The notes under the pieces: generated by a model
The model's database searches: none
What the model saw: only the letters and a program-made list of their open reading frames with translations
Told to the model about the DNA's origin: nothing
Made by a program: the position numbers and the translations under genes
Part shown: piece after piece, positions 50,384 to 61,760 of the stretch
Layout of the letters: every line of letters starts with the position of its first letter
How positions within the stretch are numbered: position 1 is the stretch's first letter
Origin: Antedon mediterranea
Lineage: Eukaryota; Animalia; Echinodermata
DNA: 64,000 nt
Direction: 5' to 3'
Assembly (NCBI RefSeq): GCF_964355755.1
Contig: NC_092678.1
Coordinates: forward strand, 2,682,422 to 2,746,421

Positions 50384-53300
50384 TTTCCTATAGTATTTTG
50401 TCTGTTCTAATGTAGTTGTTCGTAATCTTGGTCCACTTTGCAAATTGTTTTTCGAACATATATCATCATTATGTTATTTTATCATTAATGGGAAGGCGGC
50501 GGGGAGGGAAGAAACATTACTTATTCGGATTGTCATCATTTTATATAAATATTGTGCTTCTATCTATATTGATTGCATTCTTATTGGTAATCATTTTCTA
50601 TTTTTAACTTCTTCGCAGCTGATTTTGTTTTTCATTAAATAGAAAAAACCTAAACACTTAAATATGATTGCACTGTCGCTCAAATTTATATTTAGAAATA
50701 TTAATTGTTGTTATATTAGTATTGTCTTTCAAACTCTGTAGATCTAATGAGCTTTACACAAAGCCTAAAATACTGAAAGGAAATTGAAGATGATGATTTT
50801 CATCGCTCCATCTCTAGCACTTTAAAGCTCACAAATGGTAGCTCGGCAGAGTGAAAAAAATACAACAGATTCACTTCTATACCTTTGACATTATTTAGAA
50901 AACCAGTTGGTAAAAGTCGGTCAAATTAAAAGTTTAAAATAAATTATGCACAGTGTAATCCTTATTTGATATTTACTTGTCATTACCAGTAGAGATTGTC
51001 AGATGATGATCGGAAGATGTCCTGTCATTTATTTTAAACAATTTATCTTTGTTAAATATACACAATTATTCGTGGAATATACATTCACCTAAATGGTAAT
51101 CATGTAAGTACGACAGTGAGTTCATTACAGCTAACTAGAAGAAAGGTCCACAAACGTTAGAAAACATTATTGAAACACAGTCTTTGTTTAAAAGTTTTTT
51201 GTGATTGTCCTACCCAATCAGCAGTCATTTTAATTTGGACATAATTAACATTTTTGTAAAGTTAATATTGGAAGCTTGTTTACTTTTTACATTTACTGAA
51301 AGGCAATCTTTGATGATGGTTCAAGAAAGCTATGCCAACTCGTAAGAGACTTGTCTTAATGTTTCCTAAAATAATCAACATTTGGTTGTAAAATTGATTG
51401 ATATTGGAACTATAACATTGTTGTTATAATTACCAAATTAAAATCATTGAGTTTAAATCACTTGGTACCCAGATGCTTCAATTATATCGATGTAGCAAAC
51501 GTTGCATGGCAGTGTTTACTCCTTCAAAACCTTTAGTAACCTATTTAATAGTGACCTAAACTATTAACCAAAATGTGTTGAGCGATTATATCAGTACTGT
51601 ACTTTGAATGCAATATTGTAAAGTCTAGGGGGTGTCCTAGTTTCCATATTTAGCCAGTTTGGAAAAAGCAAAACATATCATTAACGAAGGGTTAAACACT
51701 ACAAATCCTTTTTTCCTTTTAATTCTATTGTTTTTAGTTTTTTTCTCAACATCGAGATGTGTAACATCAAGATGGCTAACATCAGGATATGTGACATCCG
51801 TTGATAGATCATAGGTGGCTCGGAATAGCTGCATCCTTCCCTGTTTAGTTAATATAGCTGATGCCTTGAGGATCTTATTTTTTCATCAGGTTAAGTGGGT
51901 TACAGTCGTTTTTGCCACCACCCAAACAGGTTTTTCTTTCAGGCTAGCTACTTAGCTACTTAGCGGTTTTTGGGAGTGGCACTACAGTTGTGACTACTGA
52001 GCTATATTTCCTAATTGTCTATTGAGGAAATTCCTTCTAAATCCGGGAAATTCTTTCACATTTGTTTGCTTTGTCAAGTACGCTTTTGAAATTTACGTAT
52101 TTGTATTTGAATTAATACAATTGCTGAGCTTTGTGACAAGTGAGGGGAATCCTACGTGATATGTAGGCTTTTATACCATCGTAGTCCTATTATACTACTT
52201 TAACTTAAATGTATGATGTTTTACTTTTGGTAATGTAGAAGTTTATGAAGCAGTTACTTCAACAAACAGTGTGTATGATTACCAAAAAAAAAAACCTCTT
52301 GCTAAATAAACGATGTGTGTGTTTGTTTTGTAAAAAATAACATTTGGCTAGTGTAACCCATAATAAGCCCAGGTTGTATGTTGTATAAGCCCAGGTTGTA
52401 TTATTATCAGACTTCAATAAAGTGCCCTTCACTAATTACAACTACACCACCTTCTATTAAAAATGTCTAAAATAAAAACCATTAACAACAAAACAGATAA
52501 AACTAACAAAGATTAAATCTTAATACTACATTAACCCTGATCCATTGTAGTTTACTAAACTTGCGACCTCACATGTCACTATACATATTGACAAACAATA
52601 TCCACCAGTCAGCAGTCAGAACAGGTACATGTGATTAATTTATCAGTCCTAATTAGACATTATACTTTAAACGACCATGGATTATTGGTTTTGGAAACAA
52701 AGAGGTATTACATTGTTTTTTTTAACATTTACTTTTACAGATTTATATTTATTCAGTGCTTGAATAAGAATAATGTTGACCTCAAATAGGGGTCATTCGT
52801 GATGTCATAGTCTGCTTATTTGCTTTATAGGTAGTTATTTAATTCGTGGGAGAACCACAGTTATTTTAGTCGTAGCTGTAAACTCCATCAATGGAACATT
52901 TATCACAGTTAAAGCATTTACATTATGCTGTGTCGTTGGAGGATTTGAATATTATTTGCCCTTCTACTTGACTTTCAGCTGATTGTAGACTTTATGTAGC
53001 CATTTATGGTAATCTATGTTTTCTACGGACTAAATGGCTGCTATAATGGTAGTAGGTAAGCTCATAGTATTCATTTTGTACATCGTTATTTGCGATTCAA
53101 ATCCATCGTTTACCCTGACATAACAGGATGTTTTATTATTTTGCATTTTCATGTTAATATACCTATTAGTATTACTTTGAATAAATATGTTATATCGCCC
53201 ACATTAATTTAGCTAATTCAAACTATCATTCTTTATGTACGCTAATGTTAGTAGTAATACCATGGAAAATAAGTATGCTAATATTAATAAGATTATTTAG

Positions 53301-54067
53301 TTGTTATTTAAAATAGTACTTGATTTAATTTTTAACCAACACAAGAAAAAAATGTCTATACAGTACTACTACAGTAGTACTAAAGTTAAAACAACCGATG
53401 TAAGTAGCGATGTTTTGTTTCACTAAACAGCACAAAAATATACAGATATTCATTCTCATGTTTCTGAGCATGTGCAAATGACAGCTGCGTTGTCTAGTGG
53501 CACGTCATGAAAACGAAATGTTGCTATCGTGTCCAATGATTTGAAGCACATCGCAAGAAACATTGAATGTTCTAGTACATTATTACATACTAACTTGTAT
53601 TAAATACTTATACTAAATATTAATGTTTAATCATTAAAAAAAACAAAAAAGACCATGGAATATTTTATTTATCATGTTATTCAAACATTTGTAAATCGTT
53701 TATCAAATAATATTTATTATTCAAAGGGGAAAACAATATATATAGTTGGAATATGTGACCATTTCATAACATCTTTACTATACTGTATAGCGGTGTGGCA
53801 CGTAAACCATAAATTGTTATTCAAACAATTTCTTATCGTAATTTATGATTTTCTAGACAAACAGATGATATAATGATAGTAGAACCTAGTTTTCTGTGTG
53901 AACCTGTCCAGCTATATTTATGTTTTAAAATGTTATTGCAAAAAAATTTAACATAAAAATTAAATTAGCCAATAGTTACAACACTTGTTCTGTTAAATTG
54001 TACAGTAAAATGTCTATTTTAAGGAAAATCTTTAGGACCCAATATGATCATACAGTAGACGTGCCCC

Positions 54068-54475
54068 ATAAAAATGAAAAGCGTGACCTAAATAGAATAG
54101 TCAAGACCGCATCGCGTATAATTGGATCTACACAACTGCCTTTGGAGAACATATTTTCGGATCGTCTTCTGAAAAAGGCAGTGGCTATCAAAGATGATCA
54201 TTTTCATCCGGCCTCTAGTATGTTCCAGTTGATGCGCAGCGGTCGGCGATTTCGTTCTATTAAGGCCAATAAGGCACGATTTACAAACAGTTTCTTTCCA
54301 GGATCTATTAGAGCTTTAAATATGATGTAGACACTTTTTTTTTGTAATGTTTTTGTTTTTGAGTTCGTGTTGTGTCCGTTGGATATTGTGCTCCGCCAAC
54401 AGAGCAAACAGAATTTCTATGTTTTTCCTAAAACAAATGATAATAAATGATACTTGACTACTTGACTTGACTTGA
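54068..54475 (+). mobile_element. Heavily 5'-truncated Rex1/Babar-type LINE (RT C-terminus, 3' UTR, (CTTGA)n tail)
   Basis: Frame ...LNRIVKTASRIIG...HP....FQLMRSGRRFRSIKANKARFTNSFFPGSIRALN is the typical Rex1/Babar C-terminus; AATAAA followed by CTTGA repeats at ~54453-54475. The 5' junction is approximate. Confidence 0.88.
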
Positions 54476-55243
54476 AAAAAGGAGTTTGGACATAGTATTA
54501 AGACATAGTATTTCTCCTTTATCGTTTACGGGATGTGTCCCCATAATGGTGGTGTCCCCTTAATGGTCATCCCTTAATGGTCATGTCCCTTCAATAGGAA
54601 TATCACAACAGAGGTATTATTATTTTTCAATTGTTGACAATCCCCCTTCTAGTTTTATTATGTAGCATTACATTTCTATTTTAAGTTTACAATTTACATT
54701 CATAATAAACAGTGAGTTGTAATAAATAATATCAATTTATGTGTCTGGCAGGAAATATTTAAGTTATTTATAATTTCTATTTACCAATATATTTGTCTGT
54801 TGGATATATTTACAGTAGTTAATATTTTAAATTTGTATTGCAAAAGACTTCAGCTCGTTTCTTATGTCAAAATACATAATACGCTATAAAGTAACGTAAT
54901 CTAATGAGGCTTTCAGAAATTCTTAAAATGGGACGCACACAAAATTAATTATCAAGATGAATTTGAAAATCGATATTTAGACGAGTGTGCGCGGCACCTT
55001 GGGATGACGATAATGTTTCTTATAGATTTAAGGAGAAGCATGTAGCTGTGATGTATTAACAACGTAATACCTAGCATCATCCATGCTTTAAAATGTATCT
55101 AAATGTATCTATTTCAATTTATGGAATTTATTTTTAATATGGACATTGAATTTATTTTGTTGATTTGATCTGAATAATTCCAAACATTATTAGTTAATTC
55201 CAGTATTAGTACAGTATAAAGAAATTATTGCCATTTAAAAAAA

Positions 55244-55346
55244 ATGTGTTGTGCCCATATATAGACATGTCATATCATTATCATTTTTAAGCATCACTAT
55301 CCTATTTGGGCACATCACCATTTTTGTGGTCAAACTAGACAGAGTT
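55244..55346 (-). mobile_element. AGCTCTGTCTACAC MITE family, partial/deleted copy
   Basis: GTGCCCATAT...CATCACTATCCTATTTGGGCACATCAC...CAAACTAGACAGAG. Confidence 0.65.
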
Positions 55347-56027
55347 TAACACTTGTCCCAAAAAATATAGCATTCCCACCCTAAACTCAATGTTCCATCT
55401 CTTCCAAATTTAGACAAATACTTGCTTTTGTTAAAGAAGGAAAAAAGTGTGGATGCCTTCCAGAACACAGCAAATTTTTCCTACATGAAATGGTCCTCAA
55501 AGTTCCCGAATTGTGGATTAAAAGAATTTAAGTTGAAACATAATTTTATTACTTTCTTTTACTGGGTAGTATAAATATTGTGGGTGTTGGTAAATATATC
55601 GTTAGCACATATTGATAACATATTATCAAGTTTTGCTTGCAGTAAAAATGAATCATCATTACGGATCACTTCCTGTGAACTGTCAAACCTTGAAGTAAAA
55701 TTTAACATTCAAATGGCATATTTTGATGTGCTATCCAAGCTTCACATTAAACTATGTTTATTGTGTGTTCTGTAATTCTGTATGAACTAGATAGTTTATA
55801 CCATATTTGGTGGTTAGTTTGGTGCTGTGAGATGTTCCACTAATGATTGTGGAAGATGCGTATTCGAGGAAGAGAGGTAGCCTAAGAGGAATTATATGAT
55901 AATATATTTTATAGAATTTTTAATCGTAATAACTAACTATTCAGTCATAAAGTATTAATTGTTGAAATTTATCAGTGAGTTGTGAATGACCAAGTTATTA
56001 TTAACTGCAGATCTATACCTGGTCCTA

Positions 56028-56162
56028 AGCTCTGTCTACACTATCAAACGAGTTTGACAAAAACAACTGCCCAAATATGGTAGTGATGTGACATCATCGT
56101 GTCAATATATGGGCACATCACATTTTTTTTGTCACATAAAGTTGGATTTTGTAGACAGAGCT
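56028..56162 (+). mobile_element. AGCTCTGTCTACAC MITE family, full copy
   Basis: AGCTCTGTCTACACTATCAAAC ... TGTAGACAGAGCT|TTA. Confidence 0.85.
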
Positions 56163-56965
56163 TTACAATGGAGGGATATGAGCATTTAGTTCATCTTTTA
56201 TTCCAGTTTCTTTTTTCGACATCTAAAATCATTGCTATCCAACATACTGTACTAACAACATAACATATGTATAAACATAGAGTCTAAATAATTCCTCCAT
56301 GGTGGTATAAAGAATTGAATTTAATTTCCTGGCATAAATGTCGCTAGTTATACCAGATGTTGGTTAATGATTATGTGTTATTGCAATTAAAACCAGCCTA
56401 ACTTTTTAGCCAAAGGAAAAATTCACTTTATATAGATCTTGTTGCTTTGTTTACCATCTACCAGTACTAGTTCGATTTAGCTGATGGCAACAGCATCATG
56501 AAGCGTTCTAGTTGCCGTTGCCATCCTGTTCATAAATTATAATTATTAGGAAACATTTTGGTAGACAAAGGCAGTGTGGACTCCATCTCGGAAGCGACTG
56601 CTTGATGTTGATAAAACAATAAACCAGGGTGTGTTAATCATCAAATTGTTGTTTTGGACACTATTAAGACAAAGGTGCATCTTTTAACAAATGTATGTAC
56701 TATGGCACAATACAAATTCATATTTTTTATACATAATAATAATAATATTTTGTCATATTTTTGTTTTTTTCAGAATCTTTGTTGTGGAGTTATTAAACAG
56801 TATGTAGCTTGACTCAACACATTAATATTGGAAATAAATTACAGATTCCACTTACTAAATATTTGCCAAGAAGCTGGTGTACAGAAAGAGGGCGCTCTTT
56901 AACTTGTGCAACCGACAGACATCATTCCATTCCACACTAGAAATTTATAGAACTCTACCATCGCA

Positions 56966-57199
56966 ATGCTTTCGGGGTTATTTCAACGGCCCACCAGGGA
57001 ACGACAGACTCTACTGTGCGTTTTACTAATATGCCTCATGAAGGAATCAATAGGTGCCAATATGTATCAGTCAACGAACTCTTTAGACAATGACATAACA
57101 ATGTTGTGGGGTGTTCCTGATACCACGGCCTATGTCGGACGTATCTTTGACTTTGCCATTCCACGCTATGCGTTTAGAGGAGACGTGTTAAAATACAAG
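56966..57199 (+). CDS. DAG1: Dystroglycan, first coding exon (exon 56774-57199; 78 codons: signal peptide plus start of the alpha-DG N-terminal Ig/cadherin-like domain)
   Basis: Acceptor tttttttcag|56774, ATG at 56966, hydrophobic signal LLCVLLICLM. WGVPDTTAYVGRIFDFAIP...GDVLKYK aligns by eye with human VGIPDGTAVVGRSFRVTIP...GDIIK. Phase-0 donor AAG|GTAAAT at 57200. The remaining exons lie beyond the window or were not recognised. Confidence 0.88.
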
Positions 57200-59054
57200 G
57201 TAAATTTTTATTTTTGTTATTTTATATTCAAAGGTTGGGAATAGATAAGATGATACTAAGCATAACAAAGCGCTCTTCTAAAACTGCTGTCTAACAGCGC
57301 TACAAAACCAACGTTTATTTGAACAAGCAAGTTTTAAGAAGATTGCATTAAGAGGGTAGATGACTGATTTCTCTAAATTATTTGGTTTCAATCTGCTTGG
57401 TATTTTGTTACCAAAGTCAACTGAATTGGATTCTTCTTGCTCAATACTTAAATGCTTGAAACAGACGATTGCTATATAATTCTTGGAATACAATTTTGCT
57501 TTATTGAAGAAAAAAAACGCCATTGTCTTCCGTTCCTTGAAACAGAAAGTTTGTGTATGTAGTGCTACCAGATTGTACATCGTAATATCTTAGCCCGACT
57601 ATGTCTCACTCGTCATCACCATCATCACCAACAGCAACTGGTAACAGTGATGGGCAAGTGATAGACTGTTGGTCTCTCTGTCACCTTTGACCTATTTGTA
57701 TTTGTCATCACTAGTTGTGTGTGTTGTTCTCATGCAGCAATGAGGTAATAAGTTTGACGTCAACGAACCAACATTCCAAGAATGTCCATTCAAAGGCTTA
57801 AGATGTTCATTTTCTCTGCCATTTAAAAAATCTGTTGTAAGTTGCAGACTGACGAGGATTACTGTTCAAAGTCGGGGAGATTATCTTCATTTTGATAATT
57901 AAAACAAAATTCTACATTACGTTCCTAGAATCTGCCAGGAATTTTGGAATACTGATGCCAAAAACAAGTGCTTATTATTTCTTTTACAGTAAATGATATG
58001 ATTTGAAAAAAAAATTAAGTTCATTGATTTTATTCTTGATTTTTAAGATTTCATATTTCCATGCAGTGAATTAATGAATGTAAGTTTTTCTTTGGAAGAA
58101 AACATTTGATACTGTATAGGACCGGTTTATTCTTTTACTATGACATATTGGGAAAATTTGGTCATGGGATTACAATCATTATTGCATAAATAATAAGTCT
58201 TTGTCCAAATTCACCATAATTAGAGGGTGAGATTATACTCCAAAATAAGTTTGTATTTTCGGTCATGTTACTTTATTCATTCAAAAATTGATTTTAAAAA
58301 CCTGAGAAAGAAAACAAAAACATGTCAATCAACTAGAATTTAACTAGGCTGATCAGCATTTACCTTTTAATATTTCTTATTATAGGAAAAAATAATTTAT
58401 TATAGAAAAAGTCATCAAGCAACAAATATTGGAAGCAATCAATGACATAAAAAACTTTGATGTTAATTGCTTTTGATTTTTGTTATACATTATTTATGTG
58501 CCGTTTTTGATCTGTGTGTATTTCATTGCGGAATTTATTATGTTGTCGTGCAAATGGGTCTTAATTCATTCCGAGCCAAGCAGAAGAAATCAATATGTAC
58601 ACTTGATTTTGCCAAAATAGAAATGGCTGTTGGCTTGTATAGTTTTCATATCATGAACTGGAGAACATTTTAGAGAATTTAAGCTGTGTGATTGATTTAT
58701 AGTTATTTTTATTAGTTTTTTTTTTTATATTCAATAGAAAATAGTATGTTTAAAGAGCAATCAGCCTATTTCTAGCGGGATTTCAATGTTTGTGGTTTAT
58801 TTTTTGTCAAACCGATTTTTTTTCTCTTTTAAATGTGCAATGTACCTGTATCATTAATCTATCAAATAAATCAAATAAAAAAGTGTTGCGTTTCAAGTAA
58901 AACGAAATTCTTTTTTTATTAATTTTAAAATTAAATAATAATAAATATAGTTATTACACAAATGGTAGAATTGGGTGAGCAGCTTTTGACTCAGCTTTTT
59001 GAGAATCTTAACAATGAATTGTATCATAGCGCTGAAAATGACTATAGTAGTTGA

Positions 59055-59222
59055 GGGAGTGAGTGGACGAGTGGTTAAGACAGTGGGACCGTAATTAAGT
59101 ACCCATAACATCGGCAAGGGTTCGAGGCTCTTCTCGGATAGACTATAAACCGTAGGTCCCGTGTACACATCTAGCTCTTTAAAAAACCTAGTACATCTTT
59201 CGAGACGAGTATCTCTAGGGGA
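59055..59222 (+). mobile_element. 3'-truncated tRNA-headed Deu-domain-like SINE
   Basis: A-box TGGACGAGTGG, B-box GGTTCGAGGC, core CGGATAGACTATAAACCGTAGGTCCCGTGTACAC; same family as 23020-23671. Confidence 0.75.
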
Positions 59223-59852
59223 CCTCATTCCCATTTCATCATGATATCAATGGAATATTTTAAATAATTACCAAAATTATTGTAGTATAGAAATATTTAA
59301 ATAAAAATAAATAAAATGCAAGTAGATTATTAAATTAAAATAAAATCAGTGAGTTGCTTGATAACAAAGAATCTGTTGGTGGAGATCCAAATTAATTTTT
59401 AATGATATTGTCGTCGTCATCTTATGTCCATCTATATTGACCTCATCCAGGGTAGTCTAAATTACATTCCATAATTTATTGATTAATCACTGACCTGGAA
59501 TCTCCCTGCTTTATAATGTTGATGGTCTTTGAATTTGAATTTTTAAATCTTTAAACTGAGCATGTGGTGAACATTGACTGAAAACAAAATTCAAAACCAA
59601 TTTTTACTGCCTAACATTAATAAATATTGATTAATATCCGAATACATTTCTATAAATAGATGACTTTTCAGAGCAGAAACGCTAGTAGACCAAACCCAGT
59701 ACCGTTTTGATTACGATCATTCGGGAAATTTCCTCATGAGGTTATCTATTCATTCAGTTATTCTATGATTCATTAGTTATGTTTTATTCCTACATTATGT
59801 GATAATTCATTCATTGTATAATTTGACAAATCTACTAATTGATATTCTCCTA

Positions 59853-61760
59853 ATACAGATACAGATACAGATACAGATAACTTTTATTGTCCAAATAAAC
59901 TGGAAATTGCATTTGCTCACTTATCACATAAAAATATCGTATAAAAATATCGTATAAAAATAAAGTATAAAATGTAGAATAACAATATAAAAAATACACA
60001 ATGATTAAAAAAGTACATCATAAAATTACAGCTCAAAAATATTTAAGTTAAAAATACAGATCATTACAAAACGGTTTAAAAAGTGTCTTATATTTCATTA
60101 TTAATTATTATATTATATTATTTATTATTGTTATCAAAATTATTGTAGTTACCTCTTAAAGTCATCGTTAAATTTTTTAATCCCAGCTGGGAGAAACGAA
60201 TTTGAGTATCGACCCGTCCGCGCCATCACCGGCCTCAGTCTACCACTTCTACCAATGTGGCAGCGAAGAAGATCCGAATGAAGGGGGTGGCTTTCCTCCT
60301 CCATGACCGCCTGTAAACCATTTTTCAATCGTTCTCCGTAGTGACAATCGTAGACTGAGTCCGCTGTCAGCGCCGACGAGCCAATCACTCTTAATGCCCT
60401 TTCTAACACTTTACATATGCGGCCCTTATCTCCTTTGTTTATGTTCCCACCCCAGCCTAATAGGCAATAATCCCAGATTGAAAAAATAACAGATGAATAA
60501 AACATAGTAAGTATCTCTTCCCTTACCCTAAAAACGTTCATTTTCCTCAAACAGTACAGTCTAGTAATTAATTTTTTAATTAGTTGATCTACATGCTCTC
60601 CCCATGATAAATTATTGTCATACGTTACCCCAAGATACTTATATGTTTTAACGATTTCTACCTCATGTCCTTTAATCTGGACAGGCTCAATTTCCCTTCT
60701 TTTTTTACGGCGGAAATCTATTCGCATTTCTTTGGTTTTTGCTACATTAAGTTCCAGGAAATTTTCATCACAGTATTTCGTAAACCTAACTATTTCAGAT
60801 TTGAAATTTGTATCGTCATCCTCTTTTATTAAACCTATCATAGCAGAATCATCTGCAAATTTAATTACTGGACAGTCCGGGAATCTAGGTTGGAAATCTG
60901 ACGTATACAATGTGAACAAAAACGGTGCAAGTACAGTACCTTGTGGTGCTCCCGTATTTGTCCGAATAATGTCCGATCTGACATTTTGATTTAGCCTAAC
61001 AAACTGGAGACGTCCAACGAGGAAGTTAAAAACGAACGAAATTAGTAAATTGGGGATATTCATGCCGAACAACTTATTAATTAAAATGTGTGGTTGGATG
61101 GTATTAAAAGCTGAACTAAAGTCGAAGTACATAATCCTAACAGACGGGGATGTTCTCCAATTGTCAAGATGGGCATAAATTTTTTCATTTTTGTATATTA
61201 ATGCGTCTTCAGTGTTCCTGTTTCTCCGATAAGCGAACTGATGTGGGTCCAAAAAATCTGCAACTAATGGTTTCAGGCTTTTTAGAACAATCTTTTCACA
61301 GACTTTCATTGGGATGGATGTTAGCGCAACAGGTCTAAGATCGTTATAACACTGTATATTTTGTCGTTTAGGGATTGGGATGATGCATGACGTTTTCCAG
61401 GATTCTGGCAAGGTTTGTGTTTCAAAAATCAAGTTAAAAATATATACAAAAATATCTGCCAATTGGGTTGCGCATAATTTAAGAACTTTGGGTAGAATTT
61501 GGTCTGGTCCAGCTGATTTGGATGCTTTCAGACCTTTAAAGTGGCTGGTAACTTCATCCGCATTTGTCTTAAGGTCAAAACCACTTTCATCTGGTAAGGC
61601 CAACCTACTTTTGATTAAGATCTGTTCATCAGAAAAATTATAGCGATCGAACCTATTAAAAAAAGTATTTAATTCATTAGCATATTGTTTAGTCAAATTT
61701 GACACAATTCCACTTCCTTGTGGCGATTTTGCATATCCGCTCATTTGCCTCATTCCCCTC
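59853..61760 (-). mobile_element. 5'-truncated Rex1/Babar non-LTR retrotransposon, antisense in the DAG1 intron
   Basis: RT ORF, ~270-nt 3' UTR and (TATCTG)n tail at 59853-59879; the frame hits a stop at the flank junction (61760-61762); possible short TSD TAAT at 59851-59854 and 61761-61764. Confidence 0.93.
60149..61753 (-). CDS. LINE reverse transcriptase (Rex1/Babar), lacking the N-terminal endonuclease domain
   Basis: Motifs NDLRPVALTS, LDPHQFAYR, YFDFSSAFNTI, GAPQGTVLAPFLFTLYT, KFADD, YKYLGV and the C-terminal RSGRLR...RYSNSFLP; 534 codons without a stop. Confidence 0.93.
   Translation of the reverse strand: MRQMSGYAKSPQGSGIVSNLTKQYANELNTFFNRFDRYNFSDEQILIKSRLALPDESGFDLKTNADEVTSHFKGLKASKSAGPDQILPKVLKLCATQLADIFVYIFNLIFETQTLPESWKTSCIIPIPKRQNIQCYNDLRPVALTSIPMKVCEKIVLKSLKPLVADFLDPHQFAYRRNRNTEDALIYKNEKIYAHLDNWRTSPSVRIMYFDFSSAFNTIQPHILINKLFGMNIPNLLISFVFNFLVGRLQFVRLNQNVRSDIIRTNTGAPQGTVLAPFLFTLYTSDFQPRFPDCPVIKFADDSAMIGLIKEDDDTNFKSEIVRFTKYCDENFLELNVAKTKEMRIDFRRKKRREIEPVQIKGHEVEIVKTYKYLGVTYDNNLSWGEHVDQLIKKLITRLYCLRKMNVFRVREEILTMFYSSVIFSIWDYCLLGWGGNINKGDKGRICKVLERALRVIGSSALTADSVYDCHYGERLKNGLQAVMEEESHPLHSDLLRCHIGRSGRLRPVMARTGRYSNSFLPAGIKKFNDDFKR

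Noticed and set aside
56966-57244. 92-aa ORF as a small secreted or membrane protein
   Set aside because: The tail VNFYFCYFIFKGWE is read-through past the donor at 57200.
59055-59135. tRNA genes here and at ~26950, ~45855, ~50310-50383 and ~23650
   Set aside because: A/B boxes are present, but there is no intact cloverleaf and most continue into SINE bodies.
60615-61643. Plus-strand ORFs of 124, 62 and 87 aa
   Set aside because: Antisense shadows of the LINE RT frame, with no recognisable motifs.
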